A stretch of DNA of 15,153 nucleotides from Candidatus Bathyarchaeia archaeon (lineage in GTDB: Archaea; Thermoproteota; Bathyarchaeia; Bathyarchaeales; Bathycorpusculaceae): the NCBI GenBank assembly GCA_038883795.1, contig JAVZLK010000038.1, positions 1 through 15,153 of the forward strand. Direction: 5' to 3'. Under the pieces are notes generated by a model. It worked only from the letters and a program-made list of their open reading frames with translations. It made no database searches and was not told where the DNA came from. Position numbers and translations under genes: made by a program. Positions 1 to 7,231 of the stretch are shown here, in pieces. Within the stretch, counting starts at the first letter, position 1. Every line of letters begins with the position of its first letter.

Positions 1-1
1 C

Positions 2-223
2 TTCGTCAAAGAAAAAGCAAAGAGATATGTGGAAAAACTTGAAAAGAGCGGATGCCGAGTGATAACAGACACATGTGCAGTCGTAACATGGACAGACAAG
101 CTTGGAATAAAAACAATAATGACAAACTCCGCCAAAACAGCTCACTACGCTCCAACCCTAAACAAAGCAGAAACCATACTCGCCCCGCTTGAAAAATGCC
201 TAAACACAGCCCTAAAAGGATAA
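2..223 (+). CDS. C-terminal part of an aconitase X (DUF521-type) catalytic subunit, possibly phosphomevalonate dehydratase large subunit; 5'-truncated host gene
   Basis: Frame is open from position 2 (FVKEKAKRYVEKLEKSG...). It contains DTCAVV and TNSAKTAHYAP, matching the AcnX C-terminal DTCxVV...TNSxKxAxY motifs. Confidence 0.8.
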   Translation, partial: FVKEKAKRYVEKLEKSGCRVITDTCAVVTWTDKLGIKTIMTNSAKTAHYAPTLNKAETILAPLEKCLNTALKG

Positions 224-269
224 GGTTTATTCGAACGAAAATCATTTTCCATGATGCATCCGCAAAAGC

Positions 270-344
270 GCTCCGGTAGTATAGCCCGGTCAAGTATTCC
301 GGCCTTTCGAGCCGGAGACGCGGGTCCGAATCCCGCCCGGAGCA
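270..344 (+). tRNA. tRNA-Glu(TTC), intronless, CCA not encoded; probable integration target
   Basis: Cloverleaf read by hand: acceptor GCTCCGG(270-276)/CCGGAGC(337-343), anticodon stem CCGGC/GCCGG with loop CT-TTC-GA (anticodon 306-308), T-stem GCGGG/CCCGC with loop TCCGAAT, discriminator A344. Confidence 0.96.
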
Positions 345-351
345 CTCCAAA

Positions 352-407
352 TCTGCTTGCTTCAGCAGAAAGAAGCCAGAAATGGGCTTTTTTGCCCACT
401 GGCTTTT
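352..407 (+). terminator. Two adjacent stem-loops after the tRNA; possible terminator or processing structure
   Basis: TCTGCT(352-357)/AGCAGA(364-369), then AAGCCAG-AAA-TGGGC-TTTTTT-GCCCA-CTGGCTT (373-405) with a T6 loop and trailing Ts. Confidence 0.4.
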
Positions 408-451
408 GGGACCGTCCTGGGACCGTCCCAGCTATGTTGGGAGGACCGTCC
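407..451 (+). repeat. 11-bp tandem repeat TGGGACCGTCC x2 plus a third GGACCGTCC core
   Basis: Copies at 407-417 and 418-428; third core at 443-451, immediately before ATG 453. Confidence 0.8.
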
Positions 452-452
452 T

Positions 453-1466
453 ATGCACAAGGATACGATAGACGAGTTGAAAAGGCGTGTGGATGAGCAG
501 TGTAGGGCTTTGGGTTCTTTAGCTTCAAGCTTTGAGGGCGAAGATAGGCTTGGAGAGTTGGTGAGGCGTGTGGAGAAGCCTTGTGAAGCCTTAAGCTCTT
601 TAGCTGCTGGTTTTTCCTTTGAAGGCTTTGTTTTAAGTTGGCCTGAAACCAGGGAGCTGTTTCTGCAGTATGTCGAGTTTAAGCGTTATGAGCCTGCTAA
701 TGCAAGGAATATGATTGGCTATTTGGATAGGTTTGTTAAGCAACCTATTAAAGAGCCTTTGGATGTTATGCGAATTTTTTCGCCTTTAAGTGTGGGGCAG
801 AGGCATCACTTGAATCGTGCTATGAGGGCTTGGTTTAAATGCTTAGAGATTAACAAGCCTGATGGGCGGTTTAAAGAGTTTCTTGACAGTTTGAGGAAGG
901 CTATTCCGAAGGCTGAAGTGGGCATAGACATTAAGGTTCCAGAGGAAGAGCAGATAATTTCTGATTTGAAGCGATTAGTTTCGGAGCCTTTGCCTTTGCA
1001 GGCGGAGTATAACTTGCTTTTGGATTCTGGTTTGAGGCTTGTGGAAGTTGTTAGGCTTCTGAACGATTTTCCAGAGGCTGAACGACTTCAAGGTTTTTAT
1101 CGTTGCTCAGTTGGGCTTTTCAGAGGGTCAAAACAAGCGTATTACTGCTACATGACAGAATACACCTACCAGTTGATAAAGAAGTTAAATGAAAAGGTTT
1201 CAGAAATTAGGCTGAAAAGAAGGCATCAACTCCACAAATATACGAGGGCAAAGTATCTGAGGAAGTTTGCCAACGACATGATGACAAGCGAGAAGCTGAA
1301 CATTCCGGAAAGCGTTGCAGACTTCATTCAGGGCAGGGTTCCAAAAAGCATAGGGGCTAAGCATTACATGAAGCTTAAACGCAAAGCAGACCAATACTAC
1401 CCAAGATATGCACAGTATGTGACGGAATTAAGGCAAAAAGCAAACGTGTTCTTCAACACTCTTTAA
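453..1466 (+). CDS. SSV1-type archaeal tyrosine integrase (possibly the Int(C) part of a split gene)
   Basis: Motifs DSGLRLVE (Arg I), AKYLRKF (KxxR), ADFIQGR and KHY (catalytic Tyr). Adjacent to a tRNA. ATG 453 has GGGAGG at 439-444. The frame is open upstream to 285; the ORF track start is TTG 357. Confidence 0.9.
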   Translation: MHKDTIDELKRRVDEQCRALGSLASSFEGEDRLGELVRRVEKPCEALSSLAAGFSFEGFVLSWPETRELFLQYVEFKRYEPANARNMIGYLDRFVKQPIKEPLDVMRIFSPLSVGQRHHLNRAMRAWFKCLEINKPDGRFKEFLDSLRKAIPKAEVGIDIKVPEEEQIISDLKRLVSEPLPLQAEYNLLLDSGLRLVEVVRLLNDFPEAERLQGFYRCSVGLFRGSKQAYYCYMTEYTYQLIKKLNEKVSEIRLKRRHQLHKYTRAKYLRKFANDMMTSEKLNIPESVADFIQGRVPKSIGAKHYMKLKRKADQYYPRYAQYVTELRQKANVFFNTL

Positions 1467-1526
1467 TTTTTATTATTGTATTGCATAGATTGAACTGGAG
1501 AGAACTAAAAGATAAAGTGAGCAGTC

Positions 1527-2297
1527 TTGGTTTACGATGCTGTGAAACGACATTTAGCTATCGAGAAGCTTGTCACTCGTGTTTCAGATGAAGGCTTACA
1601 ACGCAAGTATTATCGGTTTAGGCGTGCCCGATGGTATGGTGGGATAGTTACAGCGGATTGCGTGGGTTGCGGGCTTATTTGTAAGTTTTGCTGGGTTTCT
1701 GATAAGGCTCTGTATCATCCTGCTACAGCTGGAACATTTTACAGTGCGGAAAAAGTTGCAGAGAACATGCAGCAAATAGCCCAAAAATCTGGTTTGAAGC
1801 AGTTGCGTCTAAGCGGCGGCGAACCAACACTTGGGAAGGGGCACTTGTTAAGTCTTCTTGAACAATTGAAAGGCAAAGACTACACGTTCATTTTGGAAAC
1901 AAATGGTATCCCTCTAGCCTATGACGAAGACTATGTTTCAGAACTGTCAAGATACCCTTTTGTCCATGTGCGAGTTTCTTTAAAAGGTTGCAATGAACGC
2001 GAATTTGCCATGCTCACTGACGCCATGCCTGAAAACTTTAACTTGCAATTAATGGCGCTGGAGAACCTTATTGAACATGACGTTAGTTGCCACCCATCTG
2101 TTATGGCTTCGTTCTCTACGAGGAAAAATCTGCAAGCACTTATGAAAAGGCTTGCGGAGATAAGTGGTAAGCTATCAGAAGATTTAGAAGTTGAAGAACT
2201 CATCTTGTATTCACACGTGAAGGAAAAAATACAAAAGTGCGGACTGCAATACTACACTGGATACCAGCCTAACCAAGTTCCAAAAGAACAAATCTGA
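1527..2297 (+). CDS. Radical SAM protein of an uncharacterised archaeal family (COG5014-like)
   Basis: CVGCGLICKFC contains CxxxCxxC. Also SGGEPT and ILETNG motifs, and the N-terminal signature RKYYRFR..RWYGGIVTAD. Confidence 0.85.
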   Translation: MVYDAVKRHLAIEKLVTRVSDEGLQRKYYRFRRARWYGGIVTADCVGCGLICKFCWVSDKALYHPATAGTFYSAEKVAENMQQIAQKSGLKQLRLSGGEPTLGKGHLLSLLEQLKGKDYTFILETNGIPLAYDEDYVSELSRYPFVHVRVSLKGCNEREFAMLTDAMPENFNLQLMALENLIEHDVSCHPSVMASFSTRKNLQALMKRLAEISGKLSEDLEVEELILYSHVKEKIQKCGLQYYTGYQPNQVPKEQI

Positions 2298-2432
2298 GTT
2301 ACATTCAAGTTACATTTGAGGTTAAAAAACATGCCTTTAGCAAATCACCATACAGGGAGCAAAGACTCCGCGTTATAACAAAATTATCACTTTTGAATTT
2401 TAACAATTATTGATATTATTGAGGCTGCAAAG

Positions 2433-2484
2433 TTAGTCAAAAGTTTTATAAACTTTTTTACCTAAAATTAGCATAAGTGACTAA
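2433..2484 (+). promoter_or_regulatory. Promoter/operator of the AbrB-MTase-REase operon
   Basis: TATA box TTTATAAA (2445-2452) lies inside the inverted repeat AAAAGTTT-TAT-AAACTTTT (2439-2457), about 25 nt before GTG 2477. Outer inverted pair TTAGTCA(2433-2439)/TGACTAA(2478-2484). Confidence 0.6.
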
Positions 2485-2686
2485 TATGGCTGAAATAACT
2501 GTTCTAACCAGAGCCTCGACCAAAAGCAACAGATCGTTAAGAACTACAGTTCCAATCGGAATAGTTAGACAATTTAACCTTGTGGACGGAGATAGGTTGA
2601 TCTGGGAACTTCGAGCTGAGGAAGGCAAACTTGTAATAGTGTTGAGACCCGAAAAACAAAACGCGAAAGGTTCTGTAGTTACTTGA
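2477..2686 (+). CDS. AbrB/MazE/SpoVT-type DNA-binding protein (alternative start ATG 2486)
   Basis: SLRTTVPIGIVRQFNLVDGDRLIWE fits the swapped-hairpin pattern. TTGA overlap with the MTase gene. Confidence 0.8.
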   Translation: MTNMAEITVLTRASTKSNRSLRTTVPIGIVRQFNLVDGDRLIWELRAEEGKLVIVLRPEKQNAKGSVVT

Positions 2687-4278
2687 TTGAAATAGAGGCG
2701 AAGGTCAATATGCTAAGCGAAAAACATGACATTACACATTCTATTCTACTAATAGATAACAGCATATCCCCAGAAAGTCTCCTCAAACCTTTTAGAGGGA
2801 CGGTTAAGGTTACTAGTTTTCCTAATTTGAGCAACTATAACACGATTGCTATTTACGACGCTCCAGCATTTTTGCCATTTTGGTTTAATAAATTCAAGCT
2901 GTGGAAATTTGATTTTAAGTATCATATCGTTGTATACTTTGATCCCTTAAATGAATTTAAGGCTAACAATTTGCTTGTATCGCATGTTGGCCTTTTGCTG
3001 ATGTCTAAAAAATTTGCACCAAATAAAGTAAGAACACCTCATCAATACTGTTCATTTTGTAAAAAACCCCTTAAAGATTGGGGAGGTAAAACCCATCTTA
3101 TGCATCCTGAGGGATCTCTTATCTCTGATGTTTGGAAGGATATGCCTTTAACTTACAAGGATATAGTTGGAAGAAGTTGCCCGCCTATCGTGGTTAAAAG
3201 ATTAGAGAGAATGTTTGGTAAAGTTGATGTAATTAAAGGTGAAAAAGAAATATTACACAATGAAACTCAGAATATTTGTGAGGTAAACAATTTTCCTGCA
3301 CATGTGAAGAATATAGTTTTGAAAGGCGATGCAACAGAGATTTTGAAAGGAATTCCTTCAAACTCAGTCGACATGATCTTTGTAGACCCTCCTTATAATC
3401 TGGGGAAAAAATATCTAAATTATGAAGATGAAAGAAAAGATTATGTCGAGTGGTCTCTTAAATGGTTGAATGAATGTTTTAAAATTTTGAAACCAAATGG
3501 TAGCTTGTTTCTTTTAAACATCCCGAAATGGGCACACGAAATCTTAGTTGAATTGCTCCCTGATTATCATTTAATTAGATGGATTGTTTGGGATGAAACT
3601 GCTGAACCTATGGGAAAACTGATTCCTGCTCATTATGCACTGTTATGGCTTTCCAAAACTAGTGATGTTAAAACTTATCCATTGAAAGAGGACCAAGATT
3701 CCATGAGTTATTGCTTAAGAATAAAATGCGCTAAAGTGAGAAGGAGTTTAGGGATAAGAGATAAGATAAGCGTGAGGGATGTAAGGTGGGACATTCACAG
3801 AATTAAACATCGCCATAAAAGGTTCAAGTTTCACCCAGTTCAGTTGCCGGAGAAGCTTTTACGTTTTTTGATTGAGTTAACCACGAGCGAGGATGATATA
3901 GTTTTAGATCCGATGGTGGGAACTGGAACAACAGTGGTTGTTGCAAAAAAATTAAAAAGAGCATTTGTAGGCATCGACATCGACCCCACTTATGTAGAAA
4001 TTACAAACAAAAGGCTGGCGGGTGAGCTCGAAGAAATTTTAGAAACATCAAGCAAAAATAATCTGAGAGATAGAAAATTTGGAATTACCAAAAAATGGGT
4101 GCAAGTTGAAATGGAGAAATTTGCAAAAAATTTTGGAAAACTTCCAACAATAGATGAAGCAAGTTTATATCTAGGAGTGAGTAAAGACAAGCTAAGTGAG
4201 ATTTTTCCAAACTGGAGTAAAGCACTGAAACTTGCAAAATTGACGCTACAAACAGATCTGAACCGATATGCTAATTAG
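2683..4278 (+). CDS. Site-specific DNA methyltransferase (N4-C/N6-A, beta class) with a degenerate N-terminal MTase-like repeat and a C-terminal helical domain
   Basis: DMIFVDPPYN (motif IV) precedes HPVQLP and VLDPMVGTGTT (motif I variant), then GIDIDPTY. This is the beta motif order. Confidence 0.92.
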   Translation: MIEIEAKVNMLSEKHDITHSILLIDNSISPESLLKPFRGTVKVTSFPNLSNYNTIAIYDAPAFLPFWFNKFKLWKFDFKYHIVVYFDPLNEFKANNLLVSHVGLLLMSKKFAPNKVRTPHQYCSFCKKPLKDWGGKTHLMHPEGSLISDVWKDMPLTYKDIVGRSCPPIVVKRLERMFGKVDVIKGEKEILHNETQNICEVNNFPAHVKNIVLKGDATEILKGIPSNSVDMIFVDPPYNLGKKYLNYEDERKDYVEWSLKWLNECFKILKPNGSLFLLNIPKWAHEILVELLPDYHLIRWIVWDETAEPMGKLIPAHYALLWLSKTSDVKTYPLKEDQDSMSYCLRIKCAKVRRSLGIRDKISVRDVRWDIHRIKHRHKRFKFHPVQLPEKLLRFLIELTTSEDDIVLDPMVGTGTTVVVAKKLKRAFVGIDIDPTYVEITNKRLAGELEEILETSSKNNLRDRKFGITKKWVQVEMEKFAKNFGKLPTIDEASLYLGVSKDKLSEIFPNWSKALKLAKLTLQTDLNRYAN

Positions 4279-4314
4279 GTTTTCATTTAGATACTGAAAT
4301 AAGGGATTGTAACG

Positions 4315-5412
4315 TTGTGGCATAAAGAAAATTCTGAAAAAATTAGGGAAGATTACATTAGCAAAAACACGTTTCTTCTGACACCTTCTTTATTGAGGGA
4401 ATATTTGGCCCAAGTAGGGCTTATTAAAAAGAAGGTATTCAAAGAAGAAAGCTCCTCAATAAGAAATGATTTAGAGCAGTTCCTGGATTTTTTGGGTCAA
4501 AACCCGCCGGAAAATGATTTTTTAAAAACATTTGCTGAGAATCAAATTTTTGTTGACTTATTTGTAACGATCGCGTTAGAATCTTATGAAGTTCTTTGTA
4601 GAATTCTCATGCTGCTGGATAGGCATCACGAAGAAAACAAAATAAAAGATAACGAATTAAAAGAACTCATAACCAAAGTAAAGCAGGATAGATGTAAATT
4701 CCTTCCCAAAACAAGTATAGATCTAAAAAAGAAACTCAATGAGAAAAAATCGGTTAAGAATTTGCTGGTTTTTCTTCTCTATAAAATGTTCTCAGAAGAT
4801 TTTGGGAAATACTATAATGCGAACATATCTAATGGAGAACTTTATGAATTAATTGGAAAATCCATAACTCGTTTTTGTGAGAATATAATTACCCTAAAAA
4901 TGCTTCCCGAATTAATTAGAAATCATCCTGGAGTAAAATCGCAGGTATTAGACTTGTTACAGTTAATATATTCATCAAAAAGTAAAGGTATGCTAAAAGC
5001 TAAAGAAGGAATAAAATACGAAGAAGTTTTGAAGGAAGTCTTAGATTTTCACGGAATTCCTCATGAGCTTGAAGAAAAAAATGAAGAAGATGAAAATGAA
5101 GAGACGAGTAAACAAACCAGAAAATGGGACATATATATCCCTAACAAATCTAATCCCAAAATCGTCATTGAAGTGATGTATGTGATTACAACTTCAAGCG
5201 GTATGACCAACAAAAGAAAGGTGATAGTCGCTGAATCAGAAAAGGGACTCATGAAAATATTTGCACTGATGGACGGCGCAGGATGGATAGCAAGGTGGAG
5301 TGATGCTAAGAAAATTTTGGAAGCTGATGTGTATACGTTCACTTTTCACAAAGAGAGTTTAGAAAAAGCCATCAACACTGTAAAAAATCAATTGAACAAT
5401 TCGGCGACGTAA
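4315..5412 (+). CDS. Putative type II restriction endonuclease with a DpnII-like PD-(D/E)XK C-terminal domain
   Basis: RKWDIYIP...IVIEVMY..TTSSGMT...LMDGAGW resembles the DpnII/MboI-like catalytic region. Lies directly downstream of the MTase. Confidence 0.72.
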   Translation: MWHKENSEKIREDYISKNTFLLTPSLLREYLAQVGLIKKKVFKEESSSIRNDLEQFLDFLGQNPPENDFLKTFAENQIFVDLFVTIALESYEVLCRILMLLDRHHEENKIKDNELKELITKVKQDRCKFLPKTSIDLKKKLNEKKSVKNLLVFLLYKMFSEDFGKYYNANISNGELYELIGKSITRFCENIITLKMLPELIRNHPGVKSQVLDLLQLIYSSKSKGMLKAKEGIKYEEVLKEVLDFHGIPHELEEKNEEDENEETSKQTRKWDIYIPNKSNPKIVIEVMYVITTSSGMTNKRKVIVAESEKGLMKIFALMDGAGWIARWSDAKKILEADVYTFTFHKESLEKAINTVKNQLNNSAT

Positions 5413-5480
5413 AGTTATGGCTTTTTTAATGGTAAGGCAGTTCAGATCGATTTGCTTAACGAAGATTTGTGATGCCGATC

Positions 5481-5906
5481 TTACTTTAACTTTGCCTTGC
5501 TTTCTTCAAGGTATTTTTCGTATTGGTCTAGGATTTTGTCTATTTGGTCGTCTATGAATTCCTCTGCGTTGTAGTAGGGTGTGTTCATTTGTTTCACTGC
5601 TTTGTTTAGTTTGTCGTATTTTTGTTTTGGGATTTCTATGTATTCGTATTCTTCTGATTCCCATTTTAGGAAGAAGCGTATTGCTTGGCGTATGAACTCT
5701 TCTTTTCGTGTGTAGCCTTTATGCTTGTTTTTGGTTATGAATTCTTCGACTTCGTGGAGTAGCTCTGGCGGGACTGTTACTGATTGGGTTAGGAGGGCTT
5801 CTATGGCGTCTTGGTAGGTTTGCATTTTCATTGTTTGGGCTGTTAACTCGCCCAGCAGGGCTGTGAGCTTCTGGTGAATGTCGTCCGAGATTTTTAGGGT
5901 TTTCAT
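5481..5906 (-). CDS. Transcriptional regulator with three tandem RHH-like units
   Basis: Three beta-helix-helix patterns: MKTLKISDDIHQKL...TYQDAIEALL; SVTVPPELLHEVEEF...RKEEFIRQAIR; YIEIPKQKYDKL...NAEEFIDDQI. Confidence 0.7.
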   Translation of the reverse strand: MKTLKISDDIHQKLTALLGELTAQTMKMQTYQDAIEALLTQSVTVPPELLHEVEEFITKNKHKGYTRKEEFIRQAIRFFLKWESEEYEYIEIPKQKYDKLNKAVKQMNTPYYNAEEFIDDQIDKILDQYEKYLEESKAKLK

Positions 5907-5980
5907 TTCTGTTCCATCCCTTTTTTGTTGTTTATGGTTTATTTCGTTTTTGGTATTACAAGTATGATTAGTGGAATTAG

Positions 5981-6011
5981 ATTTATAAATTCTTCGATGT
6001 ATACTAAGTAT
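5981..6011. promoter_or_regulatory. Palindromic TATA element and candidate operator between divergent RHH genes
   Basis: ATTTATAAAT (5981-5990) is a perfect palindrome. ATACT-A-AGTAT (6001-6011) is an inverted repeat just downstream. Confidence 0.55.
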
Positions 6012-6038
6012 CCAAAGAACCTTGAGGAGAACATCGCC

Positions 6039-6230
6039 TTGAAAGTCAAAATTGGATTCACAATCGAGCCTGAACTACTACGGGAGATAGACGAGCTGCG
6101 GGGCATTACAAAACGTAGCACATTCATTGAATATGTCATCAGGCTTGGGCTGAAAACCTACAAGGAAGAGAATCCGATTCCAAATCCTACAAGCAGGTTG
6201 TCTAAAGCTAAAAAGGAGGCTCACCGATGA
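6039..6230 (+). CDS. CopG/RHH-family regulator, first gene of the rightward operon
   Basis: KIGFTIEPELLREIDELRG..KRSTFIEYVIR is RHH-like. Start TTG 6039 chosen for GAGGAG at 6024-6029; the ORF-track start at 5925 spans the promoter. Confidence 0.75.
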   Translation: MKVKIGFTIEPELLREIDELRGITKRSTFIEYVIRLGLKTYKEENPIPNPTSRLSKAKKEAHR

Positions 6231-6436
6231 GTGGGAAAGGCGACTTGAAGGTTTTGGTTAAGTCTGCTGAGGATTTAGCTTACGCCTTAAGGGATACGCT
6301 TGATGTTTTGGCTGATCATGAGCGCCGTATTAAGCGGCTCGAGGAGAAGCTTGGCTTTTTGGCTAATGTAGAGTCGCGGGTTGTTGAGAAGGCTGTTGCT
6401 GGAGGCGTGTTGAATGAAGCTTCAGCTTTTAGCTAA
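6227..6436 (+). CDS. Small coiled-coil hypothetical protein
   Basis: ATGA overlap with the upstream gene, GGAGG RBS, heptad pattern LADHERRIKRLEEKL. Confidence 0.65.
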   Translation: MSGKGDLKVLVKSAEDLAYALRDTLDVLADHERRIKRLEEKLGFLANVESRVVEKAVAGGVLNEASAFS

Positions 6437-6674
6437 AATCACGGATGCTGAGCTTCTGCGTAAGAGTATGCATGAGCTTGGAACAGTCTTTTATCAGGCT
6501 GATGGCGAAGGCAACATTACGAAGGTTGTTTATTTCAGCGGTTCAAGGGTTGTGGAGTTTGTTGGCAAGGTTGATGAGGCTTTAGCCAAGTGTGTCAAAG
6601 CATTAGGGCATAAGGTTGACTCCGTAGAAGTAGATGAGTTTCAGGGTTTTGTCCGCATAGTCCAGCAGGGCTGA
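6414..6674 (+). CDS. Hypothetical protein (alpha/beta)
   Basis: GGAGG RBS just upstream; operonic overlap; no recognised motif. Confidence 0.65.
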   Translation: MKLQLLAKITDAELLRKSMHELGTVFYQADGEGNITKVVYFSGSRVVEFVGKVDEALAKCVKALGHKVDSVEVDEFQGFVRIVQQG

Positions 6675-6683
6675 ACCTTTTTT

Positions 6684-7007
6684 ATGCGTTTGAAGGTGAC
6701 CAAATATGTTGATTCGCACAGGGTTAATCCAAACTATCCCACATTACGCATCGAGTTTGAACTCCCAAAAGACGACAATTTTCGCATCCGTAGCATGTTT
6801 GAGGCTGATTGGTGTCCAAGGGATGACGAAATAATTGAGGTTGTTGAGAAAATGTTGGACATAAGCCCAACTTTTGGGCCTAAACTCGCCAAGCGTTTAG
6901 AGGCTAAAAGCAAACTTTTGTGGAGACTTCTAAGCGAATACGCGTTTGCATTGCATCAGGTGAAGCCGCACCTTGAAGGAATATTGGGCAAGAGGCGTGG
7001 CGCATGA
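6684..7007 (+). CDS. Hypothetical protein
   Basis: 107-aa ORF tightly packed in the operon; ATGA overlap with the next gene. Confidence 0.6.
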   Translation: MRLKVTKYVDSHRVNPNYPTLRIEFELPKDDNFRIRSMFEADWCPRDDEIIEVVEKMLDISPTFGPKLAKRLEAKSKLLWRLLSEYAFALHQVKPHLEGILGKRRGA

Positions 7008-7231
7008 CCCGTTGCGTATTATGCTATCCTTTCACACATAACAAGGCGGAGTTTTTGATTATTTTCGGTAATGATGAACAGCAACTCCATGTTTGCAAGT
7101 GGTGTTTAGAAGACTTAAAGCTGCTTAGATTTAACGCCAATCAAATAATCTGTTTGCCAAAGCCTTTCCATTTCAAGGTTTCCTTCTGGTTTTTGGGTCC
7201 AGTAAGAAGCTTGTTGGAGGCTAAGGCTTGA
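7004..7231 (+). CDS. Small putative zinc-finger protein
   Basis: CVLC...CKWC pair; ATGA and TTGA overlaps on either side. Confidence 0.55.
   Translation: MTRCVLCYPFTHNKAEFLIIFGNDEQQLHVCKWCLEDLKLLRFNANQIICLPKPFHFKVSFWFLGPVRSLLEAKA

Noticed and set aside
6-496. ORFs 6-350(-), 145-399(-) and 251-496(+)
   Set aside because: They overlap the tRNA and the aconitase X gene, have no recognisable motifs, and are best explained as stop-poor GC-rich tRNA sequence.
1527-2297. moaA assignment
   Set aside because: Lacks the C-terminal second Fe-S cysteine motif and terminal GG of MoaA, and no molybdenum cofactor genes are nearby.
5925-6038. N-terminal extension of the RHH ORF given in the ORF track
   Set aside because: It spans the promoter region; TTG 6039 has a good RBS and starts right at the RHH beta-strand.
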